Below are positions 1 through 8,397 of a DNA stretch of 35,954 bases, piece after piece (the stretch's first letter is position 1; each line of letters begins with the position of its first letter). The position numbers and the translations under genes are program-made. The notes under the pieces were generated by a model. That model was not told the origin of the DNA. It ran no database searches and saw only the letters and a program-made list of their open reading frames with translations. This DNA comes from an uncultured Eubacteriales bacterium (lineage in GTDB: Bacteria; Acidobacteriota; Aminicenantia; Aminicenantales; UBA8522), in assembly GCA_964550915.1 (NCBI GenBank), contig CAZKBY010000002.1, positions 1-35,954 on the forward strand. The letters run 5' to 3'.

Positions 1-1
1 C

Positions 2-343
2 TTTTATTCTGTCTCCCGATCGGCCCGGCTTGTCGGCCCGGGGAAGTTTCAGCTCCGCGAAGACAATCGCACCTACCGCTTTTTTTTCGTCACTCAGAAA
101 CCCGTTGAGGAACTGCAAATTTCTCTCGGCTCAAAAGCCGGCGATTATGAATACAGGCTAAAGATTTTTGATGAGGCATTTTCGAGCGGGACAACAGCCG
201 GAGAAATCATGGCCGTGAAACTTCAGGATCCTCCGTGCTACAAACTGAAGAAGAAAAGTTATTATGAACTGATCCTGGACCTGGGAAAGGGCGCCGGAGT
301 CCAGACTTCTCTTCAGCCTTTCCTTTTCAGCGTCGATTTTTAA
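2..343 (+). CDS. 3' end (about 113 codons) of a gene truncated by the left window edge; product unknown
   Basis: By hand translation the frame is open from nt 2 to TAA at 341-343 (...AVKLQDPPCYKLKKKSYYELILDLGKGAGVQTSLQPFLFSVDF*). It is absent from the ORF track because it has no in-window start. It converges on the GT2 gene and overlaps its stop by 4 nt. No motif recognised. Confidence 0.4.
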   Translation, partial: FYSVSRSARLVGPGKFQLREDNRTYRFFFVTQKPVEELQISLGSKAGDYEYRLKIFDEAFSSGTTAGEIMAVKLQDPPCYKLKKKSYYELILDLGKGAGVQTSLQPFLFSVDF

Positions 344-1080
344 CTGAACTGCTCAAATTTTTTAATGCCCCACTTGTGGAGTTTGAATTTCGCCAGAGTT
401 TTGAGGATCGAAAGCCCATAGACCACGCTGCGCAGAAAGCCGATCTGGGAGGCTTCCTCGAAATACCTGGTCGCGATTGGGATTTCCTGAATGCGCAGGC
501 CGTGGATGGCGGCCTGGGCGATGATCTCCGAATCGAAGACAAAATCGTCAGAATTCAGTTCCAGGTTGACCGTCTCAAGATACCGGCGGGAATAGGCCCG
601 CAGCCCTGAATGATACTCGGTAAGGGATATGCCGAAAGCCGCATTCTCAAGGGCAGTGAGGAAAATATTGGCCAGGTATTTCCAGCGCGGCATCCCGCCC
701 TCGAGCGCCCGGCCGCCCAACATCCGGGAGCCGAACACAGCATCGCATTCTTCGTTAAGCAGCGGCAAGATCAACTGAGGGATAATCTTGGGATCGTACT
801 GGTGGTCGGGGTGAATCATGACCATGATGTCGCCGCCTAACTTGAGGGCTTCGCGGTAGCAGGTTTTCTGATTGCCGCCGTAACCCCGGTTCTTCGAGTG
901 GACAAGGACGCGGAGGCCGAGCTTCCGGGCAACCTCGACAGTCCCGTCACGGCTGGCATCATCGGTGAGGATAATTTCATCCACCCATTCCCGTGGGATG
1001 TCACGGTAGGTCCGCTCGAGGGTTTTTTCGGCGTTGTAGGCGGGCATGACGACGATGACTTTTTTCTTGCGATCTTTCAT
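340..1080 (-). CDS. Family 2 glycosyltransferase, polyprenyl-phosphate sugar synthase type (DPM1/ArnC/GtrB-like)
   Basis: 246 aa with GT-A signatures: VVMPAYNAEKTL near the N-terminus, ILTDDASRDGT (DxD region), NRGYGGNQKTC and HPDHQYDP. Soluble single-domain architecture. Confidence 0.85.
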   Translation of the reverse strand: MKDRKKKVIVVMPAYNAEKTLERTYRDIPREWVDEIILTDDASRDGTVEVARKLGLRVLVHSKNRGYGGNQKTCYREALKLGGDIMVMIHPDHQYDPKIIPQLILPLLNEECDAVFGSRMLGGRALEGGMPRWKYLANIFLTALENAAFGISLTEYHSGLRAYSRRYLETVNLELNSDDFVFDSEIIAQAAIHGLRIQEIPIATRYFEEASQIGFLRSVVYGLSILKTLAKFKLHKWGIKKFEQFS

Positions 1081-1104
1081 ATGCTGGCGAGCTTTGGGCT
1101 CTCA

Positions 1105-1133
1105 TTTATACCACATTCAGCACTTTTCTTGAA
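1105..1133 (-). promoter_or_regulatory. Candidate sigma70 promoter for the GT2 gene with an extended -10
   Basis: The minus strand reads TTCAAG-17 nt-TATAAA, with TGG immediately 5' of the -10 (TGnTATAAA). The -10 lies 24 nt upstream of the ATG at 1080, inside the 86-bp gap after the GNAT genes. Confidence 0.4.
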
Positions 1134-1166
1134 TGAGGATCTTGCCGCCCTCGAAGCCTTCAGCTG

Positions 1167-1643
1167 TCAGACCAGGATTTCGTTCGATGAGCGGATACCT
1201 GCCAGGGAGATTTCTGCGTTGAACGTCCACGAGTACATCTGAACGGCCCGGAAATAGGGAAAAAAGTGAGCGCGGTAGAAGGCTCCCTGGGGATAGTACT
1301 TTTTGGTCCATTCCCCGGCGCCCAGGCAGTCTTTTCCCTGAACATATCGCAAAAAAGCCCGGATGAAAGAGAGTCGTTCCCTTGGAGAAAGGTTGAAATA
1401 GGCGACGTGGTTCATCCAGGCCCAGCGCTCCGTCGTCCGGCCCAAATGATCGTGGATGATGAAATTGAGAAGGCCTTCGACCCGGCCATTTTTTTCATAG
1501 ACAAGAGTCTGGGAAACTCCGGGATAGGCCAGCTCCCAGGCCAGCTCGTCCCGCTGCCAAAGCCTGGCCAGCTCAATTCTTTCCCGGTAGGAATTAAGCA
1601 ACTGAAGACAATCATCGAGATCACCGGGCCTGAATTCTCTCAC
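1167..1643 (-). CDS. GNAT-like second (pseudo-acetyltransferase) domain protein
   Basis: 158 aa starting VREFRPGDLDDCLQLLN, a typical GNAT domain opening. The GTG start overlaps the upstream TGA (GTGA, 1640-1643). It lacks a clear Q/RxxGxG/A motif, like the second lobe of tandem-GNAT enzymes. Confidence 0.6.
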   Translation of the reverse strand: MREFRPGDLDDCLQLLNSYRERIELARLWQRDELAWELAYPGVSQTLVYEKNGRVEGLLNFIIHDHLGRTTERWAWMNHVAYFNLSPRERLSFIRAFLRYVQGKDCLGAGEWTKKYYPQGAFYRAHFFPYFRAVQMYSWTFNAEISLAGIRSSNEILV

Positions 1644-2236
1644 AGAGCCTGTTTCTCGCCCTCCGATCCCACCGGTTTCCGCCGATGAGCCGGATGGCGG
1701 CCATTTCCCACTTCTTGAGCCCCCTCAGACGAGGCGGCGCGATCAAGGTCGAGAACGCGGGCGATGACATGGAGCTTCTTCATCCTTTCAAGACGATGGC
1801 CCTCGGCCTGAAGCTTGCGCAGCATCAAGGTCGAACGGTGACCCGTCTCGAATGTCGCCAGGGCAAAGTCGTACCGGTAGTGCTGGTTTAGTCGGAGCGC
1901 TTCGCGAATCACGGCCAGAGCCAGCCCCCGCCGCAGCCATTCCTTTCTCGTGACCAGCAGGCAACTCAGCGTCCTCCGAAAGGTCCGGCCGCGGAACTCG
2001 AAGGTGTGGGGAATATTGGCCAGAAAAGCGACGATTTCATCGCCGCGGTAGGCGGCAACAAGATGATCCTTATGCTCCAGCCGTCCAAACAGAAACTCAA
2101 AAAAAGCCGGCCGGTAAAAATTCGGGAAAGAGGACAGGCTGTACTCATCACGCCAGGAAGAATGGGCCATTTTTTCCAGGCCCTCAAGGTCACCGCGAAA
2201 TGGTTCGATGGAGATCCCGGAGAGCGCTTCTTTCAC
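1640..2236 (-). CDS. GNAT family N-acetyltransferase (first, catalytic-looking domain)
   Basis: 198 aa with LLVTRKEWLRRGLALAVIREAL, which matches the acetyl-CoA-binding motif A (RxxGxA). The GTG start overlaps the JAB gene stop (GTGA, 2233-2236). The C-terminal ~30 aa are Gly/Arg/His-rich and look out of frame. Confidence 0.7.
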   Translation of the reverse strand: MKEALSGISIEPFRGDLEGLEKMAHSSWRDEYSLSSFPNFYRPAFFEFLFGRLEHKDHLVAAYRGDEIVAFLANIPHTFEFRGRTFRRTLSCLLVTRKEWLRRGLALAVIREALRLNQHYRYDFALATFETGHRSTLMLRKLQAEGHRLERMKKLHVIARVLDLDRAASSEGAQEVGNGRHPAHRRKPVGSEGEKQAL

Positions 2237-2670
2237 GACCTGTTCTTACCGTTTTCTCCAGGCTTGAACGTTTTGAACCTCACCGGAAGGGCGGCGTTTC
2301 GCCGCCAGAACTTGAGCTCGCTCACTTTATAGCTGTTCCGCTTGCGGACGCTCAGGATTCCGACGACCCTGTCTCCATCCCAATGCTGGTAATCGTGATG
2401 AGAGATTGTGGGCGGCGCCTGAGGATGAGAATGGATGGAACCGATATACTGAAGCTCGCTTGAAGCGACGATCTTGCCGATCGTCCCGTAGTCGGGGATG
2501 ACATAATCGTAAGTCGCTTCGACCACGGGAGGGATGATGATCCGGCTGATTTTATAAGTCCGGTTGGCCAGCTTCTTGCCCAGCATAATCCCGTAGACCT
2601 CCCGCGGATAGGCCCGACTGGCCCGCCTTTTGAATTTCTTTAGGTCACACTCGTTGATCAGGAGCTTCAT
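2233..2670 (-). CDS. JAB/MPN (JAMM) family metallopeptidase
   Basis: 145 aa with an exact JAMM motif, IHSHPQAPPTISHHD (HxH-x7-S-x2-D), plus the upstream Glu in PREVYGIMLG. GGGAGG RBS about 8 nt upstream of the ATG. Confidence 0.85.
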   Translation of the reverse strand: MKLLINECDLKKFKRRASRAYPREVYGIMLGKKLANRTYKISRIIIPPVVEATYDYVIPDYGTIGKIVASSELQYIGSIHSHPQAPPTISHHDYQHWDGDRVVGILSVRKRNSYKVSELKFWRRNAALPVRFKTFKPGENGKNRS

Positions 2671-3073
2671 GACCGAAACCTCCCTGGCCCGCAGGGCTAA
2701 AAGGCCTCTGCCCCAGGCAATTTGGTTTGGTTTTCATCCCCCGGTATTAGTTCTGGGGAAGCTCAAACCTTATAGCACAAGATCAAGCCTCAGTCAAACG
2801 CCTCTATCAGGGGAGAATGGCCCGGTCACGAGTTCTCGGCCGGCCAAAATGCAAGCCTAACTCTTTTATTTTCAATAAGTTAATAAATGAAGCGGGGCGG
2901 CATGGTTATTATCCTGCATTTTTTTTAAAAAACTTCAAAATAATTCTATCTTGTTGATTATAAAAGAAATAATCAGCATTTCTGATGTTTCCGAAGGATA
3001 AACCTTGTTGAAAACAACCTTTCTCTGGTAAAATAAAAAGCCATTTTTGTTATCTTCGTTCCAGTCAAAGCAT

Positions 3074-5122
3074 ATGAACTCTAACCGGCGTCGGCGAACC
3101 TGGCTGATCATCCCCCTGGCCGGACTTCTCCTGGCGGGCTTCGCTTCTCGCCCGGCAGAGGAGCAGACAGATCAAGCCTCCCCATCTGATGAGCTCGCCC
3201 GGGTTTTGAGGGCCCTGAAAGAGCTCAATCAGGATTCCCTTCAGGAGTCGGCGTGTCTTCCTTCGATCTGCCAAAACGATGTCGGGCAAACATGGGCTGT
3301 CTGGGAGGAATGGCAAGGCCAGGCCAGCCGGCTGAGATTGGCCCGGCTCGAGGAGGGACAGGTCGCATCTCTCCAGGACCTCGGCTGCCAGGCAGGATTC
3401 AACTTCTCGCCCCGTCTTGCGCTAAAGGGCCACGATTCTCTGTGGCTTATTTGGGTGAACTATTTTAAGGGGGAATACAGAGTTTTCGTCCAGGAGCTCT
3501 CATCAGGATTGGTCTGGCGTCTTGGCGCTTCAAACTCGGCTTCTATTACCAGCCCTCGGCTTGTCTTTGACCGCGCTGGAAACGTCTGGGCGTTCTGGAA
3601 CGAGACCAGCCATGAAGGGGTGATTGTTTGGCGGGTATTTCGTCAGGCTGTCTGGTCGCCCCGGCAAATTTTAAGGTCAAAAGCCGGGTATCCTGCTCTT
3701 AACCCTGATGTGGCCGTTGATGTTCACGGCTCTATCTGGCTGACTTGGTCAAGTTTTGATGGTCACGACTACGAACTTCATCTTGCCCGCTGGAACGGCT
3801 TTGCCTGGGAGGAAGAGGTCAGGCTGACGGATAATCAAGAAAACGATACCTTCCCGGCTATTAGTTTCAACGGAAGAAACGGCGGTCGTTTGCTCGTCAC
3901 TTGGACCCGCTCGGCCGAGAGCGGCCATCAAGTTTACATTGCTTCGGTCAAGAACGGACGGCTGGAACATGAGTCCTCCGTCTCCCCTCCCGACAGCCAG
4001 ATGATGATTCCGTCCTTGCTGGAAAGCCGTGGAGAGATAAGCGCAGTCTGGAAATCATTCAAGGGAATTAAGGCCAGCCCGATCAAAGACCCTCTCGATG
4101 ACCGGGTTGAGCTTTCATCCACCCCTGCTTCTCCGGCCGGTTTTCTCTTTAACCCTTCTCTGGATGAAAATGTCTACCTCTGTTTCGGCGACAGCATTAC
4201 TTACGGGTATATCGACCGCGAACCCTATCCGGAGTTAGGCTACCCCCCGCGTCTTGAGACCATTCTCAAGCAGAATTATGGCCCCACCCTTTCCGTCAAC
4301 CTGGGGATCGGGGGCGAAAACACCATCCTCGCTCTGGCCCGCATCGATAGCGTCCTCGCCAGCCAGCAAGGCCGGTACATCCTGATCATGGAGGGAACGA
4401 ACGACATCATCACTCCAGGTCTTGCCATGACCACATCGGCGAACAACCTCCGGGAGATAGTCAGGAGATGCCTTCAAGCCGGGGTTTATCCCCTGCTCGC
4501 CACAATCTTGCCGCGTAAAGACACGTACGGAGTTATAGAATATTATAGCAACAGGATTATCGAACTCAACCAAGCGATTCGCCAGATTGCCGCCGATTTT
4601 CCCGTTTCTTTTGTTGATATGTATGAAATCTTCAACAACTACCCGGCCTCAGACGGCGGACTCTTGGCCGTCCTCTCTAACGACCTTAAGCATCCGAGCG
4701 CCAAGGGCTATCAGGTCATGGCCGAGTCGTGGTTCAACGAAATCAAAGTTATCCCCTTCCCTCCCGTTGAAATCGTGATAACCAGCAAATCCTTCCAAAA
4801 TGCTTTCCTCAGCCGTCGCGGCACGATTATCATCGGGCGGCCAACCAAGAAACCTTCCCTCACGACCGGCTCCTCCTGGGGAACGTATCTCGCCTGGAAA
4901 GAAAACCCCAAGATATTCGACCCAGCCTGCATCCTGGGCTACAAGGTTTACAGGAAGGATCGCTACCATCCACGAAGCCAGTTCCGCTTTGTGGCTTTGA
5001 TCAAATCACCCCTCGAGTTTTTCGACCCGGGGATCCAGTCGGTCGGCCGCTATATCTACCTCATTTCAGCCATCCGGACGGACGGCGTCGAAGGATCTTG
5101 CGCCGGACCCATCAGCGAATAA
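3074..5122 (+). CDS. Secreted multidomain SGNH/GDSL hydrolase: N-terminal W-rich repeat (propeller-like) domain, SGNH esterase domain, C-terminal Fn3-like domain
   Basis: SGNH blocks: FGDSITYGY (I), GIGGENT (II), EGTNDI (III), NDLKHPS (V). Five to six ~45-aa repeats carry a WxxW signature (TWAVWEEW, LWLIWVNY, VWAFWNET, IWLTWSSF, LLVTWTRS, ISAVWKSF). Signal peptide RRRRTWLIIPLAGLLLAGFA. Start placed at ATG 3074 rather than the track's TTG 3047; no SD at either, so the start is uncertain. Confidence 0.8.
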   Translation: MNSNRRRRTWLIIPLAGLLLAGFASRPAEEQTDQASPSDELARVLRALKELNQDSLQESACLPSICQNDVGQTWAVWEEWQGQASRLRLARLEEGQVASLQDLGCQAGFNFSPRLALKGHDSLWLIWVNYFKGEYRVFVQELSSGLVWRLGASNSASITSPRLVFDRAGNVWAFWNETSHEGVIVWRVFRQAVWSPRQILRSKAGYPALNPDVAVDVHGSIWLTWSSFDGHDYELHLARWNGFAWEEEVRLTDNQENDTFPAISFNGRNGGRLLVTWTRSAESGHQVYIASVKNGRLEHESSVSPPDSQMMIPSLLESRGEISAVWKSFKGIKASPIKDPLDDRVELSSTPASPAGFLFNPSLDENVYLCFGDSITYGYIDREPYPELGYPPRLETILKQNYGPTLSVNLGIGGENTILALARIDSVLASQQGRYILIMEGTNDIITPGLAMTTSANNLREIVRRCLQAGVYPLLATILPRKDTYGVIEYYSNRIIELNQAIRQIAADFPVSFVDMYEIFNNYPASDGGLLAVLSNDLKHPSAKGYQVMAESWFNEIKVIPFPPVEIVITSKSFQNAFLSRRGTIIIGRPTKKPSLTTGSSWGTYLAWKENPKIFDPACILGYKVYRKDRYHPRSQFRFVALIKSPLEFFDPGIQSVGRYIYLISAIRTDGVEGSCAGPISE

Positions 5123-5140
5123 CTCGACAAGACAAGGAAT

Positions 5141-5169
5141 TTGACAATTCAGCCAGATGGGACTATTCT
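5141..5169 (+). promoter_or_regulatory. Candidate sigma70 promoter for the Ser/Thr kinase gene
   Basis: TTGACA (5141-5146), 17 nt, TATTCT (5164-5169), directly after the SGNH gene stop. A GGGAG SD precedes the ATG at 5201. Confidence 0.45.
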
Positions 5170-5200
5170 TCAACTACCCTGCAGGGAGCGGAACCCCGCC

Positions 5201-7768
5201 ATGAAATGCCGCCGATGCAACTTCGACAACCCGGAAGAGAGCCGCTTTTGCGCCAACTGCGCCTCTCCCCTAACGTCCGCCGAATCGGCCGAGGAATCAC
5301 GGACCCAGACCTTAACGGGAGTCCCCTGGGATCTCAAGCGAGACCATCTCTTCGCCGGTCGTTATGAGGTCATGGAAGAGCTGGGCAGCGGCGGCATGGG
5401 AAGGGTTTACAAAGTTTTTGATACCAAAATCCGGGAAGTCGTCGCCCTCAAATTTGTCAGGCCAGAGCTCGCTTCAAGACCCCAGACTCTCGAGCGCTTC
5501 CGCGAAGAAGTTCGCTTGGCGCGAAAAATCACTCACAAGAACGTCTGCCGGATGCACGATATCAACGAGGCAGAGGGAATTTCTTACGTCACCATGGAAT
5601 ACGTCCCCGGAGAAGACCTTAAGAGCATCATCCGGATGATGGGCAAGCTCAGCCCTGGTCAGGCGATCGCCATCGGCAAACAGATCTGCTCGGGGTTGGC
5701 CGAGGCGCACAGGCTGGGCATTATCCACAGGGACTTGAAGCCGAAAAACATCATGATCGACCGCCAGGGGAACGCCCGGATCATGGACTTCGGGCTGGCC
5801 CGCTCACTTGAGGAAAAGGGAATCACCGCCGGCCGGGTCGTGTTGGGGACGGCCGAATACATGTCGCCAGAGCAAGTGGACGGGAAAAGAGTGGACAGCC
5901 GCTCGGACATCTATTCCCTGGGCATCATCCTCTTCGAAATGGTCACCGGCGAGATTCCCTTCGAAGGAGACTCGGCCCTGAGCATCGCCCTCAAACACAA
6001 AACAGAGCCGCCTCCCGATCCGAGACATATCAACCCTCAAGTTCCCGAGCCCCTGTCGCGGATCATCCTCAGATGCCTGGAAAAAGAAGAAGGGAAGAGA
6101 TATCAGAGTGCAGAAGAGCTCTGCTCTGAGCTCGAAAAACTGGAGAAAACTTTCCCGGTCGAAAGAAAGATACTTCCAAAGAAAGGATTATCCAGCCTGG
6201 AGAAATTGATCAAGCATCCTCCTTTGAAAAAAATCACTGTGCCGGCTCTGGGGGCCATGATGGTCATCTTCCTGGGCATCCTGGCCTGGCGCTTCTTCCC
6301 GAAAAAAGCAGCTGTCGTCCCTCCTTCGACCAAGCCCTCGCTCGCCGTCCTGTTCTTCAAGAATAACACGGGAGACAGGGACTTGGATGTCTGGAAGGAG
6401 GCCCTGGCCGAGAACCTCATCTGGGAGCTCCGTCGCTCGTCCGAGGACATCGTCGTTCTCAGCGCCGACACGATCCGAGGCCTGCTCAGAAAGTTAAGCC
6501 TCAGCCCGACGTGGAGTTATTCTTCGGAGGACCTCCAGGCCGTGGGGAAAGAAGCGGGAGTTAAGAGCGTTCTGACAGGGACATTCTCTAAGTCAAGAAT
6601 CTATTTCGACCTGAAGGACGTTCAGACGAATGAGCTCATGGCGAGCGGCCGCGTGGAGGGCGAGGGAGAGAAAGATTACGACCGGATGACCGATGACATG
6701 GCCGGACAGATTCTGGCGTGCTTCAGCCTGCCAGCCAAGGCTCAGCCTGCCAAAATTTCAACCCCGTCCATCTATGCCAACCGATACTACCAGTCAGGCC
6801 GTCAAGCAGAAAAAAAATACAAGGAGGCTGGAAAAGACGAGACTTTCCGGGAGAGCCTGGCCTTTTATGAAAGGGCTCTCGCTGAAGACCCAAACTTTGC
6901 TCTTATTTACTGGGGATTGGGAGATTTGTATCAAAGCCGGTATGTGGAGACCAAAGCGCCGGAAGACCTCGAGCTTACTCTCGGTTATTATGAGAAAGCC
7001 TACCAACTCGCTCCCGACCTGGCCGGGGCTAATTCAGGCCTGGGCTGGACCTATTTCCTCAAGAGCGACAACGATAAAGCTTATCTCTATTTCAAGCGGT
7101 CGCTCGAGCTGGAGCCGAGCAATCCCTCCATTCACTTCAACGCCGCCTCCTTCCTCAAAAGCATCGGTTTGCCCGAACAGGCAATCAAGCACTATACCCG
7201 GGCAATCAGTCTTGGCGAGCTGTCTTTCTTGAGCTACTGGCTGCGGGCATCCTGCCTGGAGCGCCTGGGCAGACCAGAAGAGGCCGCAGGGGATGCAAAA
7301 CGCCTTCTCGAGATAGAGCCGGATAATATCGGGGCTTCTCTCTTTCTGGCTCGCCTGCTCATAAACCAAAAAAGGCTATCCGAAGCCGAGAGGGAGATCG
7401 CCTTTGCCGCCAAGCTCGATCCCGGCTCTCTTGATCTTCGTCTCAGTCAGGCTCTTCTTTTCGCCGCAATGGGCGACCGGGAAAAAGCGCTATTTCTCGT
7501 CCAGCCGGCCAGGACAAACCCGATCTTCTACAGTTATCTTCTCTCCCGTGTCTTCGCCCTTCTCGGGATGAAAGAAGAAGCCCTGGAGAACATCGGGCTT
7601 GCCATCGAGCGAGGATTCCAGGAAACCCAGGAATATTTCTACGAATATCCATTTCTGGCCACAAGCTATTACTACGACAGTCTGCGGGACGACCTTCGCT
7701 TCATCGAGATCTTAGAGAAGCAGAAGATAAGGTATGATGATAACTCAAGAAAGTTTGGCGGATTGTAG
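5201..7768 (+). CDS. Ser/Thr protein kinase with N-terminal zinc ribbon, one TM helix, periplasmic domain and C-terminal TPR repeats
   Basis: Zinc ribbon MKCRRCNFDNPEESRFCANC. Kinase motifs GSGGMGRVY, VALK, HRDLKPKNIMI, DFGLA and AEYMSPEQ. TM helix ITVPALGAMMVIFLGILAWRFF. TPR-like repeats (ALIYWGLGDLY, LGWTYFL...). Start set at ATG 5201 (SD GGGAG) rather than the track's upstream extension. Confidence 0.9.
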   Translation: MKCRRCNFDNPEESRFCANCASPLTSAESAEESRTQTLTGVPWDLKRDHLFAGRYEVMEELGSGGMGRVYKVFDTKIREVVALKFVRPELASRPQTLERFREEVRLARKITHKNVCRMHDINEAEGISYVTMEYVPGEDLKSIIRMMGKLSPGQAIAIGKQICSGLAEAHRLGIIHRDLKPKNIMIDRQGNARIMDFGLARSLEEKGITAGRVVLGTAEYMSPEQVDGKRVDSRSDIYSLGIILFEMVTGEIPFEGDSALSIALKHKTEPPPDPRHINPQVPEPLSRIILRCLEKEEGKRYQSAEELCSELEKLEKTFPVERKILPKKGLSSLEKLIKHPPLKKITVPALGAMMVIFLGILAWRFFPKKAAVVPPSTKPSLAVLFFKNNTGDRDLDVWKEALAENLIWELRRSSEDIVVLSADTIRGLLRKLSLSPTWSYSSEDLQAVGKEAGVKSVLTGTFSKSRIYFDLKDVQTNELMASGRVEGEGEKDYDRMTDDMAGQILACFSLPAKAQPAKISTPSIYANRYYQSGRQAEKKYKEAGKDETFRESLAFYERALAEDPNFALIYWGLGDLYQSRYVETKAPEDLELTLGYYEKAYQLAPDLAGANSGLGWTYFLKSDNDKAYLYFKRSLELEPSNPSIHFNAASFLKSIGLPEQAIKHYTRAISLGELSFLSYWLRASCLERLGRPEEAAGDAKRLLEIEPDNIGASLFLARLLINQKRLSEAEREIAFAAKLDPGSLDLRLSQALLFAAMGDREKALFLVQPARTNPIFYSYLLSRVFALLGMKEEALENIGLAIERGFQETQEYFYEYPFLATSYYYDSLRDDLRFIEILEKQKIRYDDNSRKFGGL

Positions 7769-7781
7769 AGAGCTTGTAGCT

Positions 7782-7816
7782 GGCTCTTACCCTCTCTGAC
7801 CTGGAGGGGTAGAGCC
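7782..7816 (+). terminator. Imperfect hairpin just downstream of the kinase stop; possible terminator or processing site, no U-tract
   Basis: GGCTCTtaCCCTC / GAGGGgtAGAGCC gives 6+5 bp around a 2-nt mismatch with a 9-nt loop. It is not followed by a T-run. Confidence 0.25.
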
Positions 7817-7846
7817 GATCGCATAAATTAAGGAAGGAGGGAAAAA

Positions 7847-8272
7847 ATGAGGGACAAACCCAAAAGGATCGCCAGAAAGGACAAGGTCGAAACGCTCGGG
7901 CTGCTGATCGAGAGGGAATACGCAGAAATGAAAAGGCTCTACCAGGCTAAGAGGTTCGTCGATCTGGCCCGATTTCTCGAAGCACGAAGAGCCGTTGTCG
8001 TAACGCCTGATTACAAGAAAGTGCGAGGCGGGGCGAGCGCCAACCTCTGGAAAAAAGCTCATGACCAGGGAGCAACGCTCGAATTCAGGACGGCCAACAT
8101 CTTTTTCGGCCAGGCCATCGGCATCCACGGAGTTGGCCAGAACGCCTTTGACGGCGTGGCTTTTGTCACCCATGAAGTGCACTTCAACAAAAAGAGCAGC
8201 TCGGGGCCTAAAAACGACACGGCCTACCTGGAGACGACGGAGAAGCACCAGACCCGGTGCCAATGGTTCTAA
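7847..8272 (+). CDS. Hypothetical protein (141 aa), no recognisable domain
   Basis: Strong RBS GGAGG (7836-7840) 6 nt before the ATG. Composition is basic at the N-terminus and mixed otherwise. Preferred over the fully overlapping antisense ORF 7787-8278, which is P/G/R/L-rich and has no RBS. Confidence 0.55.
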   Translation: MRDKPKRIARKDKVETLGLLIEREYAEMKRLYQAKRFVDLARFLEARRAVVVTPDYKKVRGGASANLWKKAHDQGATLEFRTANIFFGQAIGIHGVGQNAFDGVAFVTHEVHFNKKSSSGPKNDTAYLETTEKHQTRCQWF

Positions 8273-8397
8273 GATCAAGGGACCTGCTTTTTAGACCCTT
8301 TTAGGTTTCCGGCTCTGCTTTCGGTCACCGGCCGGAAAAAAAGAGAATGCAACTCTGGGGGGAGAACCCTGTTTTTATATAACGGGCAAAGATATAT

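Noticed and set aside
8277-8342. Possible intrinsic terminators after the 141-aa gene: AAGGG...CCCTT hairpin, and CCGGC...GCCGG followed by A7.
   Set aside because: The stems are short (5 bp) with large loops. The first has almost no U-tract. The second is followed by an A-run rather than a T-run, and on the opposite strand the T-run would precede the stem.
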